From: an uncultured Acidimicrobiales bacterium
GTDB lineage: Bacteria; Actinomycetota; Acidimicrobiia; Acidimicrobiales; CADCSY01
Assembly (NCBI GenBank): GCA_902805555.1
Contig: CADCSY010000110.1
Span: 16,807 to 80,806 of the forward strand
Direction of reading: 5' to 3'
DNA length: 64,000 nucleotides
Shown: one piece after another, positions 17,777 to 28,865 of the stretch
Position numbering within the stretch: the first letter of the stretch is position 1
How the letters are laid out: each line of letters opens with the position of its first letter
The notes under the pieces: model-generated
The model's database searches: none
Told to the model about the DNA's origin: nothing
The model's input: the letters and a program-made list of their open reading frames with translations, nothing else
Position numbers and translations under genes: made by a program

Positions 17777-19060
17777 TCAGCCCACCCGCTCGGCGCGGCC
17801 GAGGATGCCCTGCGGCCGCACCAGGAGCACGAGCACCAGCACCAGCAGGGCTCCCACGTTCTTCAGCTCGGTGGGCACGACGAGGGTCGACAGGTTGATG
17901 AACAGGCCGATGACGAAGCCGCCGACGAGGGCCCCGAAGGCGGTGCCGAGGCCACCGAGGGTGATCCCGGCGAACATCAGCAGGAGCAGCTGGAAGCCCA
18001 TCTGCCAGCTGACCTCCTCGCCGAGGCCGACGAGGACGCCACCGAGGGCGGCGAGCGCTCCCCCCACGATCCAGACGACAGAGATGACCCGCTGCACGTC
18101 GATCCCTGACGAGGCGGCGAGGTCGGGGTTGTCGGCCACCGCCCGCATGGCCTTGCCCATCCGGGTCCGCGTGATGAGCAGCGCGACCGTGACGAGGACG
18201 ACCACCGAGATCCCGATGGAGACCATGTCCTTCGGCGTGATGCCGACGAGGCCGAGCCCGAGGAAGTCGACCTGGCGCTGCCGGCCGTACTCCGCGAAGG
18301 GCCGGGTGCGACCGCCGAACTGGTACAGGAAGAGGTAGCGCAGCAGCAGCGACAGGCCGATGCTCACCACGAGCATGGCGATCAGGCCGGTGCCCCGTGC
18401 CCGCAGCGGGCGCCACAGGCCGCGGTCGAGCAGGCCGCTGGCGGCCCCGCCGAGCACGATCGCCAGCGGCGCCGCCCACAGGAGCGGGATCCCGGCCTCG
18501 AAGTTCAGGTACCAGCACACGAGCGCCCCGAAGGTCACCAGCTCGCCGTGCGCGAAGTTCGTGAGCCCGGTCGTGCCGAAGATGAGCGAGAGGCCGACGG
18601 ACGTGATGGCGATGATGAGGCCGAGCTTGATGCCCTCGACGCCCAGCTGCAGCGCCCGGTCAGTCGTGGTGGCCCGCTGCCGGGTGTCCTCGCCGAAGAA
18701 GAAGTTGAGGGGCCGGTTCTGGCCCGGGTTCAGGGTGAAGCTGAGGGTGGCGCGGGCCTCGTCGCGGAGCGCGACGCCCTCGGGGAGGGACTCGACGTCG
18801 ATGGTGGCGGTGTAGGCGCCGGGACCCGGCAGGTCGAGGGCGAAGCTGCCGTCCTCGTCGGAGGTGACCTCGCCGACCTCCTCGCCGCTGGCGTCGGCGA
18901 CGGTGATGACGGCCCCCTCGACCGGCACGTCCTCGTCGTCGACCTCGTTCGACAGGGTCCCCCGCACACCCTCGGCCCGCTCCTGCGCAGACGCCGTCCC
19001 GGCCAGCAGGCACAGGGAGAGCACGAGCAGGACCACGGGCACTGCTGCTCGCTGCCTCAG
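17777..19060 (-). CDS. livH: branched-chain amino acid ABC transporter permease with N-terminal secreted beta-sandwich-like domain
   Basis: GLTNFAHGE, MRAVADNPDLA, GITLGGLG; start CTG 19060 (GAGGAG RBS) or GTG 19042. Confidence 0.85.
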   Translation of the reverse strand: MRQRAAVPVVLLVLSLCLLAGTASAQERAEGVRGTLSNEVDDEDVPVEGAVITVADASGEEVGEVTSDEDGSFALDLPGPGAYTATIDVESLPEGVALRDEARATLSFTLNPGQNRPLNFFFGEDTRQRATTTDRALQLGVEGIKLGLIIAITSVGLSLIFGTTGLTNFAHGELVTFGALVCWYLNFEAGIPLLWAAPLAIVLGGAASGLLDRGLWRPLRARGTGLIAMLVVSIGLSLLLRYLFLYQFGGRTRPFAEYGRQRQVDFLGLGLVGITPKDMVSIGISVVVLVTVALLITRTRMGKAMRAVADNPDLAASSGIDVQRVISVVWIVGGALAALGGVLVGLGEEVSWQMGFQLLLLMFAGITLGGLGTAFGALVGGFVIGLFINLSTLVVPTELKNVGALLVLVLVLLVRPQGILGRAERVG

Positions 19061-19210
19061 CGTCGGCTCCTCATCAGGTCGCTCGTGCGGCGGCCGTGCG
19101 GCAGCCGACTCGGGATCGAGAGAGTGTAGGGGCACGCTCCGTGCTGCGTCGCAGCACCGACGTGCCGTGACGGCTCCCGCCCCGACCTGCTGGGGCTGGC
19201 CGGCGGTCGA

Positions 19211-19906
19211 TCAGCCGAGGCCGACGCCGGCCAGCACGTCGTCCAGGGGGGCGACCAGCCCCGTGTAGAACGGGCCGAAGTCGGCGTAGACGGCCGAGGC
19301 CCGGTCGTAGCGCATGGTGTAGACGCAGGCCTTGAGGTCGTCGGGGTGCACGCCGAACAAGGTGACGCCCCACTCGAAGTCGTCGAGCCCCGTCGACCCG
19401 GTCACGAGCTGGATGATGCGCCCGGAGAACGTGCGGCCGGACGTGCCGTGCTCGTACATCATCTCGAGGCGCTCGTCGTACGGGGTGGTGTACCAGTTGG
19501 CGTCCGGCTCCCGTCGCTTCGACATCCCGTAGAAGCAGAAGGCGGGCATGCCGTCGGGTGGGAGGACCGGGTGCAGCCGCGCCCGGCGCTGCTTCTCCGG
19601 CACCCCGGCGCTGTACTCCGAGAGCTCGGTGAGGGAGACGTAGGAGTCGACCACCTCGAGCCCCGCGACCTGCAGGTCGGCCTGGAACCGCCTGAGCCGC
19701 CACAGGTCGGGGCCGATGGCGACGAAGCCGAGGTCGGCCTTGTGACCGAGGACGGCGACGGGGACGACCTGGTGGTCGTCACCGTCACCGGGCGCCGTCA
19801 GCGCCTTGACCGCCGCCGTCACCGCAGCGCCGTCGGCGCCGGCGCGGACCTTGCAGAACAGGTGGAGGACCCCCCAGCCCTCCGACGGCACGACCGGCTC
19901 GACCAT
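19211..19906 (-). CDS. chdC: coproheme decarboxylase / chlorite dismutase family (HemQ)
   Basis: FYGMSKRR, NWY, EHG..GR, QLVTGSTGLDDFEWGVTL. Confidence 0.85.
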   Translation of the reverse strand: MVEPVVPSEGWGVLHLFCKVRAGADGAAVTAAVKALTAPGDGDDHQVVPVAVLGHKADLGFVAIGPDLWRLRRFQADLQVAGLEVVDSYVSLTELSEYSAGVPEKQRRARLHPVLPPDGMPAFCFYGMSKRREPDANWYTTPYDERLEMMYEHGTSGRTFSGRIIQLVTGSTGLDDFEWGVTLFGVHPDDLKACVYTMRYDRASAVYADFGPFYTGLVAPLDDVLAGVGLG

Positions 19907-20025
19907 GGACCGAGCCTACGGCCGCCTCCGGGGGCACGACACCTCCGGGTCCGGCGAGCCGGGGACCTGCGCCCTCCCCGGGGTGGGGCTTCGCGGTCGC
20001 GCCGAACCGGGCCGCGGCGGGCGCG

Positions 20026-20058
20026 CCGGAGGCCGACCCGCAGCGGGTCGGCCTCCGG
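20026..20058 (-). terminator. 15-bp perfect hairpin downstream of groEL
   Basis: CCGGAGGCCGACCCG-CAG-CGGGTCGGCCTCCGG; no U-tract. Confidence 0.7.
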
Positions 20059-20091
20059 TCGTCGTGCTGTCGCTCAGGTGGTGCCGGAGGA

Positions 20092-21796
<1,705 letters not shown>

Positions 21797-21896
21797 CAGC
21801 AAACCACCTCAGGGGTCCGGTCGCAACTGCTGCGGCGCTGCGCCTTGCGGGCGGCACCGGCCTCGGTGAGGCTCGGCCGGTGGAGCGGCGGGGTCG

Positions 21897-22766
21897 GTGA
21901 GCCTGCGGGCGGGATGGCGGGCGGCGGACCTGGACCTCGACGACCTCGTCGCCGCGAAGGGCGCCCACCGCACCAGCGTGTGCCTCCCGGCGAGGGACGA
22001 GGCGACCACGGTGGGCGCCGTCGTCTCCACCATCGTGCGCGAGCTCGTCGAGCGCCGGCCCCTCGTCGACGAGGTGCTCGTCGTCGACGACCGCTCGTCG
22101 GACGACACCGTCGACGTGGCAGCCGCAGCCGGCGCCACCGTGGTGAGCGCAGGGGACGTCCTCCCGGGAGCAGGACCGGGCACCGGCAAGGGAGAGGCCC
22201 TGTGGAAGTCGCTGGCGGCAGCGTCCGGCGACCTCGTCGCCTGGTGCGACGCCGACATCGTGGACTTCGACCCCGGCTTCGTCGTCGGCCTCCTCGGCCC
22301 CCTCCTCCTGCAGCACGACCTCGGGTTCGTGAAGGGCACCTACGACCGGAGCGGCGGCCGCGTCACCGAGCTCGTGGCCCGGCCGCTCATCGCCCTGCTC
22401 CTCCCCGACCTCGCTCCCTTCGACCAGCCCCTCTCGGGCGAGTACGCCGGTCGGCGGGAGGTCCTCGAGCAGCTGCCCTTCACCCAGGGCTACGGGGTGG
22501 ACCTCGGTCTGCTGGCCGACGCCGTCGGCCTGCTCGGGCCGGGCGGGGTCGCCCAGGTCGACCTCGGCGTCCGCCGCCACCGCACCCGCCCGCTGGCCGA
22601 CCTCGGACCGGCAGCGCTCGCCGTGCTCCACGAGGGCCTGCGGCGGGCCGGGGTGGAGGGCATGGCCTGGCCGGCCTCCCTCCCCCGCCCCGGCGGCACT
22701 GCGGAGCTGGTCGGCGACGGGATCCGCCCGCCGCTGGTCGACGTCCCCGGCTACCGCGCCGGCTGA
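21897..22766 (+). CDS. gpgS: glucosyl-3-phosphoglycerate synthase
   Basis: CLPARDE, GKGEALWKSL, DAD, GGRVTELVARP, QPLSGEYA. Confidence 0.9.
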   Translation: MSLRAGWRAADLDLDDLVAAKGAHRTSVCLPARDEATTVGAVVSTIVRELVERRPLVDEVLVVDDRSSDDTVDVAAAAGATVVSAGDVLPGAGPGTGKGEALWKSLAAASGDLVAWCDADIVDFDPGFVVGLLGPLLLQHDLGFVKGTYDRSGGRVTELVARPLIALLLPDLAPFDQPLSGEYAGRREVLEQLPFTQGYGVDLGLLADAVGLLGPGGVAQVDLGVRRHRTRPLADLGPAALAVLHEGLRRAGVEGMAWPASLPRPGGTAELVGDGIRPPLVDVPGYRAG

Positions 22767-22801
22767 TCCCCCACCGGCCGTCCTCGACCCGGCGGGGCGG
22801 G

Positions 22802-23794
22802 TCAGCGGGCGGCGAGGCAGGCCGCCACCACCTCCTGGATGGCGGCGGTGGTGTCGGACAGAGCCCGCTCCTCGCCCACCTCGGCCACGAGCGAGACGAC
22901 GTCGAGGCCGTCCGGCACGGTGATCCCCTCGAGCACCTCGCCGACCACGGCCAGCACGGGCACCCCGGCGGACCTCGCCAGGTCGCAGACCCCGCCGACG
23001 ACCTTGCCCTCGAAGCTCTGCTCGTCGAGGAAGCCCTCACCGGTCACGACGAGGTCGGCGCCCTCCATCCGGTCGAAGAGGTCGACCTCGTCGGCGACCA
23101 CCTCGAAGCCGGGGACCAGCTCCGCGCCGGCCACGGCGAGGCCGCCCGCCAGCCCTCCGGCGGCGCCGGACCCCTCGAGCTGGCTCACGTCGAGCCCGTA
23201 GGTCTGCTCGTAGACCTGCACGAGGCGCTCGAGCCTGCGGTGGAGCAGCTCCACCTGGGCGGCCGACGCCCCCTTCTGGGGACCGAACGTGCGGGCGGCG
23301 TCGACGAAGCGGGTGCGGACGTCGCACGCCACCACCAGCTCGATCCCGCGCAGCCGGCCGATCGGCTCGAGGGCTCGGAGCGCCCCGAGCCCGCCGTCGA
23401 CGGTGGCCGAGCCACCCACGCCGACGATGATCCGCCGGCAGCCGGCGTCGAGCGCCGCCCCGATCAGCTCCCCCGTGCCGTAGGTCGAGGCGGCCATCGG
23501 GTCGTTGCCCTCGGGCCCGCCCACCAGCTCGAGCCCCGAGGCGAGCGCCATCTCGACCACGGCCGTGCCCCCGGCCGCACGCCACCGTGCCTCGACGGGG
23601 TCCCCGAGCGGGCCCGTCACGAGCCTCGTGCGGTTCGGCCCGCCGAGCACCTCGAGGGTCCCCTCCCCCCCGTCGGCCACCGGCACCACCTCGCAGGTGG
23701 CACCGGCGCCGGTCACCGCTGCGGCGATGGCAGCAGCGACCCCCGACGCGGAGGCCGTCCCCCGGAACTTGTCGGGCGCGACGAGCACGTGCAC
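22802..23794 (-). CDS. glxK: glycerate kinase
   Basis: APDKFRG, ADGGEGT, GGSATVDGG, FGPQKGA, GAAGG, TGEG. Confidence 0.9.
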   Translation of the reverse strand: MHVLVAPDKFRGTASASGVAAAIAAAVTGAGATCEVVPVADGGEGTLEVLGGPNRTRLVTGPLGDPVEARWRAAGGTAVVEMALASGLELVGGPEGNDPMAASTYGTGELIGAALDAGCRRIIVGVGGSATVDGGLGALRALEPIGRLRGIELVVACDVRTRFVDAARTFGPQKGASAAQVELLHRRLERLVQVYEQTYGLDVSQLEGSGAAGGLAGGLAVAGAELVPGFEVVADEVDLFDRMEGADLVVTGEGFLDEQSFEGKVVGGVCDLARSAGVPVLAVVGEVLEGITVPDGLDVVSLVAEVGEERALSDTTAAIQEVVAACLAAR

Positions 23795-23880
23795 CCCCAA
23801 TGGTTACCCGCGGCACCGGACGACGCGCAGCGCAGGTCGGGCCGCCGGGGCGCACGGGCGGCGTCGTTACCGTGACGGAC

Positions 23881-25275
23881 GTGTCGAGCGCCCCCGACCG
23901 TCCCCTCGTGATCGTCTCGAACCGGGGCCCCCTGTCGTTCACCGTGGGCGACGACGGGGTGCTCGGCGTGGGTCGCGCCGCCGGAGGGCTGGTGACCGCC
24001 CTGGGGCCGGCCGTGGCGGGGACCGGGGCGACGTGGGTGGCGGCCGCCATCTCGGAGGCCGACAGGCGGGCGGCGACCGACGGCGGGGGGCTCACCGAGG
24101 CCGAGGGCTTCCGGCTCAGGTCGCTGGTCGTCGACCTCGACGACTACCGCTCCTACTACGACGTCGTCGCCAACGGCACCCTGTGGTTCTTGCACCACGG
24201 CCTGGCCGACGCCGCCCGCAGGCCCCGCTTCGACCGGCGCTGGCGGGAGGCATGGGCGGCCTTCGCCGGGGTGAACCGGGCGTTCGCCCGCGCCGTGGCC
24301 GAGGAGGCACCGGAGGGAGCGGTCGTCCTCGTGCAGGACTACCAGCTGCCGCTCGTGGCCGCCTCCCTCGCCCGCGACCGCCCGGACCTGACGGCGGTCC
24401 ACTTCAACCACACGCCCTTCGCCGGACCCGACACGATCGGGATGCTGCCCGACGTCGCCGCCGACGAGCTCCTCACGGGGCTCGCCTGCCACCACGCCTG
24501 TGGGTTCCACAGCGGACGATGGGCAGCGTCGTTCGTCGCCTCGTGCGAGGCGGTGCTCGGGAGGGGGAGCGCTCCGGCCACGTTCGTCGCCCCGGCGGCG
24601 GCGGACGCCGACGACATCCGTGCGGTGGCGGCCTCGCCCGAGTGCCGGGCCGCCCTCGCCGACCTCGAGGAGCGGGTCGGCGACCGCAGGCTCATCGTGC
24701 GGGTCGACCGCATCGAGCTCTCGAAGAACCTGCTGCGCGGCTTCCACGCCTTCGACGACCTGCTCCGCACCCACCCCGAGTGGCGGGAGCGGGTCGTGTT
24801 CGGCGCGTTCGTCTACCCCTCCCGGGAGGGCCTCCCGGAGTACCTGGCCTACCGACAGGAGGTCGAGGGGCTGGTCGCCCGCATCAACGCCACGTGGGCC
24901 ACGCCGACGTGGACACCCATCCTCTACGACCCGCAGGACCACTTCCCACGGTCGGTCGCGGCCCTGCGCCGCTACGACGTGCTCCTCGTGAACCCGGTCC
25001 GGGACGGCCTCAACCTCGTGGCCAAGGAGGGCGCGCTCGTCAACGAGCGGGACGGGGTCCTCGCCCTCAGCCGGGAGTCGGGCGCCTGGGACGAGCTGGG
25101 AGGCGTGGCCCTCGAGGTGCACCCCTTCGACGTCGCCGCCACCGCAGACACGCTGGCCGAGGCGCTGTCGATGCCGGCGACCGGGCGCCGGGCCCACGCG
25201 GCAGCGCTGGCGGCCATCGCCGAGCGTGGCACCCCGGCGGGCTGGCTGGCACGGCAGCTGGCCGCTGCGGGCTGA
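23881..25275 (+). CDS. otsA: trehalose-6-phosphate synthase (GT20)
   Basis: VSNRGP, GGLV, QDYQL, HTPF, VDRIELSKN, DGLNLVAKE; TACCGT 7 nt before GTG 23881. Confidence 0.9.
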   Translation: MSSAPDRPLVIVSNRGPLSFTVGDDGVLGVGRAAGGLVTALGPAVAGTGATWVAAAISEADRRAATDGGGLTEAEGFRLRSLVVDLDDYRSYYDVVANGTLWFLHHGLADAARRPRFDRRWREAWAAFAGVNRAFARAVAEEAPEGAVVLVQDYQLPLVAASLARDRPDLTAVHFNHTPFAGPDTIGMLPDVAADELLTGLACHHACGFHSGRWAASFVASCEAVLGRGSAPATFVAPAAADADDIRAVAASPECRAALADLEERVGDRRLIVRVDRIELSKNLLRGFHAFDDLLRTHPEWRERVVFGAFVYPSREGLPEYLAYRQEVEGLVARINATWATPTWTPILYDPQDHFPRSVAALRRYDVLLVNPVRDGLNLVAKEGALVNERDGVLALSRESGAWDELGGVALEVHPFDVAATADTLAEALSMPATGRRAHAAALAAIAERGTPAGWLARQLAAAG

Positions 25276-25525
25276 GGGGCGGCCGCTTCCGGACCGGACC
25301 GGTGCCGGCGACCTGGCAGGGACGGGGAGGCCGCCCGGCCCGATGCTGGCCCCACCGCCACGGCCGCCCCGGTCGCTGCCGGACAGACGGGCGCCTGCGG
25401 CCGGGGGTGGGCGGAGCCCCCGGCCCCATGCTCGCCCCACGGCGGGGCCGGGAGGGTGCCGACGCACGGCCGACGGGAGTGGCACCTCGTCCCGGCGACC
25501 GGCGGGTCGTCCGCCGGCGTCGCGG

Positions 25526-26284
25526 TCAGGCGGTGGCGAGGTGGCGGAGCACGACGAGCGCACCCTCGGGGCCGTCGACCACGAGGTCGGCGCGCTCCAG
25601 CAGCTCGGGTGGTGCCTCCTCGGTGCGCACCCCCACCCGGACGGTGTGGAGGCCCGCCGCGCCGAGGCGGTCGAGGGCGTCGAACGCAGGCAGGTCCCCG
25701 ACGTCGTCACCGAGGAAGCAGGCTGCGTCGAACCCTGACGCGGCGGCCGCCACCACGGTGCCCTTGTCGGCGTGGACGGGCGGGTGGAGCTCGACGGACG
25801 CCTTCGCCCGACGCACCACCAGCCCCGAGGTCGCCGCCTCCGCAGCCGCCCATGCCACCACCTCGGCCTCCCGATCCGGTGCCGTCCGGAAGTGCAGGGT
25901 CAGCGAAAGCCCCTTCGGCTCGACGAGGTCCCCCAGCGCCGCGACGGCCCGCTCCACCACGCCGGTCACCACAGGCGCCCAGGTCGCCGCCTCGGCGGCC
26001 ACGACGATCCGCCCGGCCCTGTCGAGCTCCTGGAGGCCGTAGAGGCCCGAGAGCCTGATGCCGGGGCCGAGGCGCTCGCGGAGGAACTCGACGGGCCGGC
26101 CCGAGACGACGGCGACCAGGCCGTACCGCGCCGTCAGCGTGCGGAGCACGGCAGCCGAGCCCGGGACCCCCACCGCCGCCGCGGGGTCGTCGACGACCGG
26201 GGCGAGCGTCCCGTCGAAGTCGGTGAGCACCACGGCGCGGGACGGGGCGGCGACGAGTGGGGCGAGCACGCTCGTGTCGACCAC
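25526..26284 (-). CDS. otsB: trehalose-6-phosphate phosphatase (HAD)
   Basis: DFDGTLAP, VVSGR, GLYG, DKG, GDDVGD. Confidence 0.9.
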   Translation of the reverse strand: MVDTSVLAPLVAAPSRAVVLTDFDGTLAPVVDDPAAAVGVPGSAAVLRTLTARYGLVAVVSGRPVEFLRERLGPGIRLSGLYGLQELDRAGRIVVAAEAATWAPVVTGVVERAVAALGDLVEPKGLSLTLHFRTAPDREAEVVAWAAAEAATSGLVVRRAKASVELHPPVHADKGTVVAAAASGFDAACFLGDDVGDLPAFDALDRLGAAGLHTVRVGVRTEEAPPELLERADLVVDGPEGALVVLRHLATA

Positions 26285-26558
26285 CGCAGGACGCTACCTG
26301 CGGAGCCACCGATGCCCCTGCCCCACCTGCGGCGACGCCGGCAGCGGAGGTCGGACGGTCCCCGGGTGGGAGCGGCGGCCGGCCCCCGGCCCTTGTGTCA
26401 CCAGCCGGCGACGCCGTCGAGGTTTGGGCAGACCCGGGACGGGAGCCGTGACCGGCGCCAGGCCCTTGCGCCACCAGCGGCAACGCCGACCACGGCGTCG
26501 GCGCGGTCCCGGGAACGAGCCGCGACCCGGCGGCCCGGTCGTTCCGACGGGGCCGACC

Positions 26559-27368
26559 TCAGTCGGTGGCGAGGTCGGGGCCGACCACCAGCAGGACCTG
26601 CGCGCCCCGCAGGTCCGAGACCGGGGCCGGATCGGGCAGCTCCGCCACCTGGGGACGGGGTGTGAGCGTCTCGGCCAGCGCCGCCGCATCGGCCTCGAAG
26701 CCCCTGGCGTAGTACACGGTGCTGGCCGGCACCGTGTTGCCGTCGTTGACGTTCGACGGTGCCGCTGTGCGGTACCCGACCGAGCCCACCTCCTCCGTGA
26801 CCTCCGCCGCACGCCCCGAGACGCCCGAGCCGTTGGCGACGAGCACCGTCACCTCATCCGTGCCGCGGGCGTCGGACCCCTCGGTCGCCTCCTCGCCCTC
26901 GGACGCACCCTCGTCGGGGTCGCTCGCCACGGCGGTGTCGCCCGTCCCCTCGGGGTCGGCCTCGCCTGGCTCGCCCTCGGCGGCCTCGTTGCCCGCCGCG
27001 GTGTCGTCACCGGCACCGCCCTCCGCCTCCGTGGCGTCGTCGCGCTCGGTGCCGTCCGGCTCGTCGGCGTCCGGATCGTCGGCGTCCGGCTCGGTGGCGT
27101 CGTCGGACTCGGTCGCATCGGCAGGGCGCTCGGATGCGTCGGCGAGGGCAGACCGATCAGCGTCGCGAGCTCGGCGCTGAGCGTCGAGGTCTCCGCTCGT
27201 GACCTCCTCGCCGTCGCCCTCGACCGCGGGGACGGCATCGTCGGTGGCACCCAGCAGGGCGACGCCGAGCAGGACGGCGACGGCGATGAGCAGCAGGCCC
27301 CTGAGCAGGGCCCCACCGGTGCTCGGGCCCGACTGGCGACCCGAGGTCGGGCGCTCGCCGCTGCTCAT
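26559..27368 (-). CDS. LytR C-terminal domain protein with TM helix and acidic linker (VirR-like)
   Basis: N-terminal TM; VLVANGSGVSGRA, STVYY, VVVGPD; follows DUF3263 with ATGA overlap. Confidence 0.85.
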   Translation of the reverse strand: MSSGERPTSGRQSGPSTGGALLRGLLLIAVAVLLGVALLGATDDAVPAVEGDGEEVTSGDLDAQRRARDADRSALADASERPADATESDDATEPDADDPDADEPDGTERDDATEAEGGAGDDTAAGNEAAEGEPGEADPEGTGDTAVASDPDEGASEGEEATEGSDARGTDEVTVLVANGSGVSGRAAEVTEEVGSVGYRTAAPSNVNDGNTVPASTVYYARGFEADAAALAETLTPRPQVAELPDPAPVSDLRGAQVLLVVGPDLATD

Positions 27369-27628
27369 CGGGCGGGGCGCCGTCCGGCGTCGGCAGGGCC
27401 TTCGAAGCGGGTGCGCCGGCGCCGGTCCCGGGCCCGGCGGACCCGGAGCACGACGAGCGGGTCGTGGGCCAGCGCGTCGGACGACTCCACCAACGACGCC
27501 AGCAGCTTGTAGTAGCGGGTCGACGACAGACCCAACCGCTCGCGGATGGCAGCTTCCTTCGGCCCGGGCAGCTGCCACCAGCAGCGCTCCAGCTCGAGCA
27601 CCGCCCGCTCTCGTTCGGTGAGGGCCAT
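27365..27628 (-). CDS. DUF3263 domain protein
   Basis: LTERERAVLELERCWW, KEAAIRE, STRYY, DPLVVLRVRR. Confidence 0.9.
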   Translation of the reverse strand: MALTERERAVLELERCWWQLPGPKEAAIRERLGLSSTRYYKLLASLVESSDALAHDPLVVLRVRRARDRRRRTRFEGPADAGRRPAR

Positions 27629-27697
27629 CGGGCCCACCTTGGCCGCGCCGAACCGGTGATGCAAGCACCCTCGGCGCCGGCGGTACGGTGACGGCGC

Positions 27698-27770
27698 GCC
27701 GGGTTAGCTCAGCTGGTAGAGCACCTGTCTTGTAAACAGGAGGTCGTCGGTTCGAACCCGACACTCGGCT
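27698..27770 (+). tRNA. tRNA-Thr (TGT)
   Basis: cloverleaf: GCCGGGT/ACTCGGC acceptor, CCTGT-CTTGTAA-ACAGG anticodon arm, GTTCGAAC T loop; CCA not encoded. Confidence 0.97.
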
Positions 27771-27878
27771 CGGCCCCTGCTCGGACGCCGCCCGCCGCTC
27801 CCCCCTTCGGCAGGTCGTCGACCGGGCCTGTGACCGCCCCGGACGGCCGGCCCGAGCCGCCCCCGAGGATCGGTCCTC

Positions 27879-28865
27879 TCAGGCCGTGGGGAGTCGCCGC
27901 CTGGCGACCTCGAAGCAGGCCAGCGCGCCTGCCGCCGCGACGTTCAGCGAGGGGAGCGCACCCCGCAGTGGGATCGAGGCCACGACGTCGCAACGGGCGC
28001 GGCTGAGGCGACCGAGGCCCTTGCCCTCGGCCCCGAGCACGAGGGCCACAGGCTCGGTGGCGAGCCCCAGGTCGAACAGCGAGGTGTCGCCGTCGGCGTC
28101 GAGGCCGACGACCCACACGCCCTGGTCCGACGCCCGCGCCAGGGCGGCCGGGAGCCCGCTCACCACGGCCATGGCGAGGTGCTCCACCGCCCCTGCGGCG
28201 GCCTTGGCCACCGTCGGCGTCACGTGGGCCGAGCGGTGCCGGGGCAGGACGACGCCCGTCGCCCCCGCGCACTCGGCCGTGCGCAGGAGCGCTCCCAGGT
28301 TCTGGGGGTCGGTGATGCCGTCGACGCACACGAGGAAGGGATTCGTCCCTCCGGCACCCGCGGTCGTGCACAGGCGGTCGAGCTCGGCCTCGGGCAGCGG
28401 GTCGGCGTGGGCCAGCACCCCCTGGGGCGCCTCGGAGCGCGCCTCGGCGTCGAGCTGCCCACGAGACACCCGTCGCACCGTGACCCTCGCCTCGGCGGCG
28501 AGCTCGAGGATGTCGCCGACGATGGGCGCCGGGTCGGCGTCGTCGACCAGCCACACGTCACGGCACCGGCGCCGGCCCACCAGCAGGAGCTCGCGCACGG
28601 CATGGCGACCCTCGACCTGCTCGCCGCCGAGGCCCCGCTTGCCACCCGGGACCGGGGAGGTCCCCTCCGGCAGCGGCGACGTGCCCGTGCGGGGGGCGGG
28701 AGGGCGGCCCCCGTGGCCGCCGGCGGGACGGGGACGACCGGCGGCGGCAGGCCGCCCGCGACCCGATCCGGCCGCGGCGGCGCTCGGGCGACCCTGACCC
28801 GACCCGGCTCGCCCGCCACCCTGTCGTCCACGTCCTCCGGGAGACGGGCGCCGCCCGGGGCTCAC
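27879..28865 (-). CDS. rlmB: 23S rRNA Gm2251 2'-O-methyltransferase (TrmH/SpoU family)
   Basis: VEGRHAVRE, DPQNLGALLR, GAEGKG, SLNVAAA; GTGA overlap with ispDF. Confidence 0.9.
   Translation of the reverse strand: MSPGRRPSPGGRGRQGGGRAGSGQGRPSAAAAGSGRGRPAAAGRPRPAGGHGGRPPAPRTGTSPLPEGTSPVPGGKRGLGGEQVEGRHAVRELLLVGRRRCRDVWLVDDADPAPIVGDILELAAEARVTVRRVSRGQLDAEARSEAPQGVLAHADPLPEAELDRLCTTAGAGGTNPFLVCVDGITDPQNLGALLRTAECAGATGVVLPRHRSAHVTPTVAKAAAGAVEHLAMAVVSGLPAALARASDQGVWVVGLDADGDTSLFDLGLATEPVALVLGAEGKGLGRLSRARCDVVASIPLRGALPSLNVAAAGALACFEVARRRLPTA

Noticed and set aside
27698-27878. tRNA-Thr as an integration site
   Set aside because: No integrase, no duplicated tRNA 3' end, core genes on both sides.
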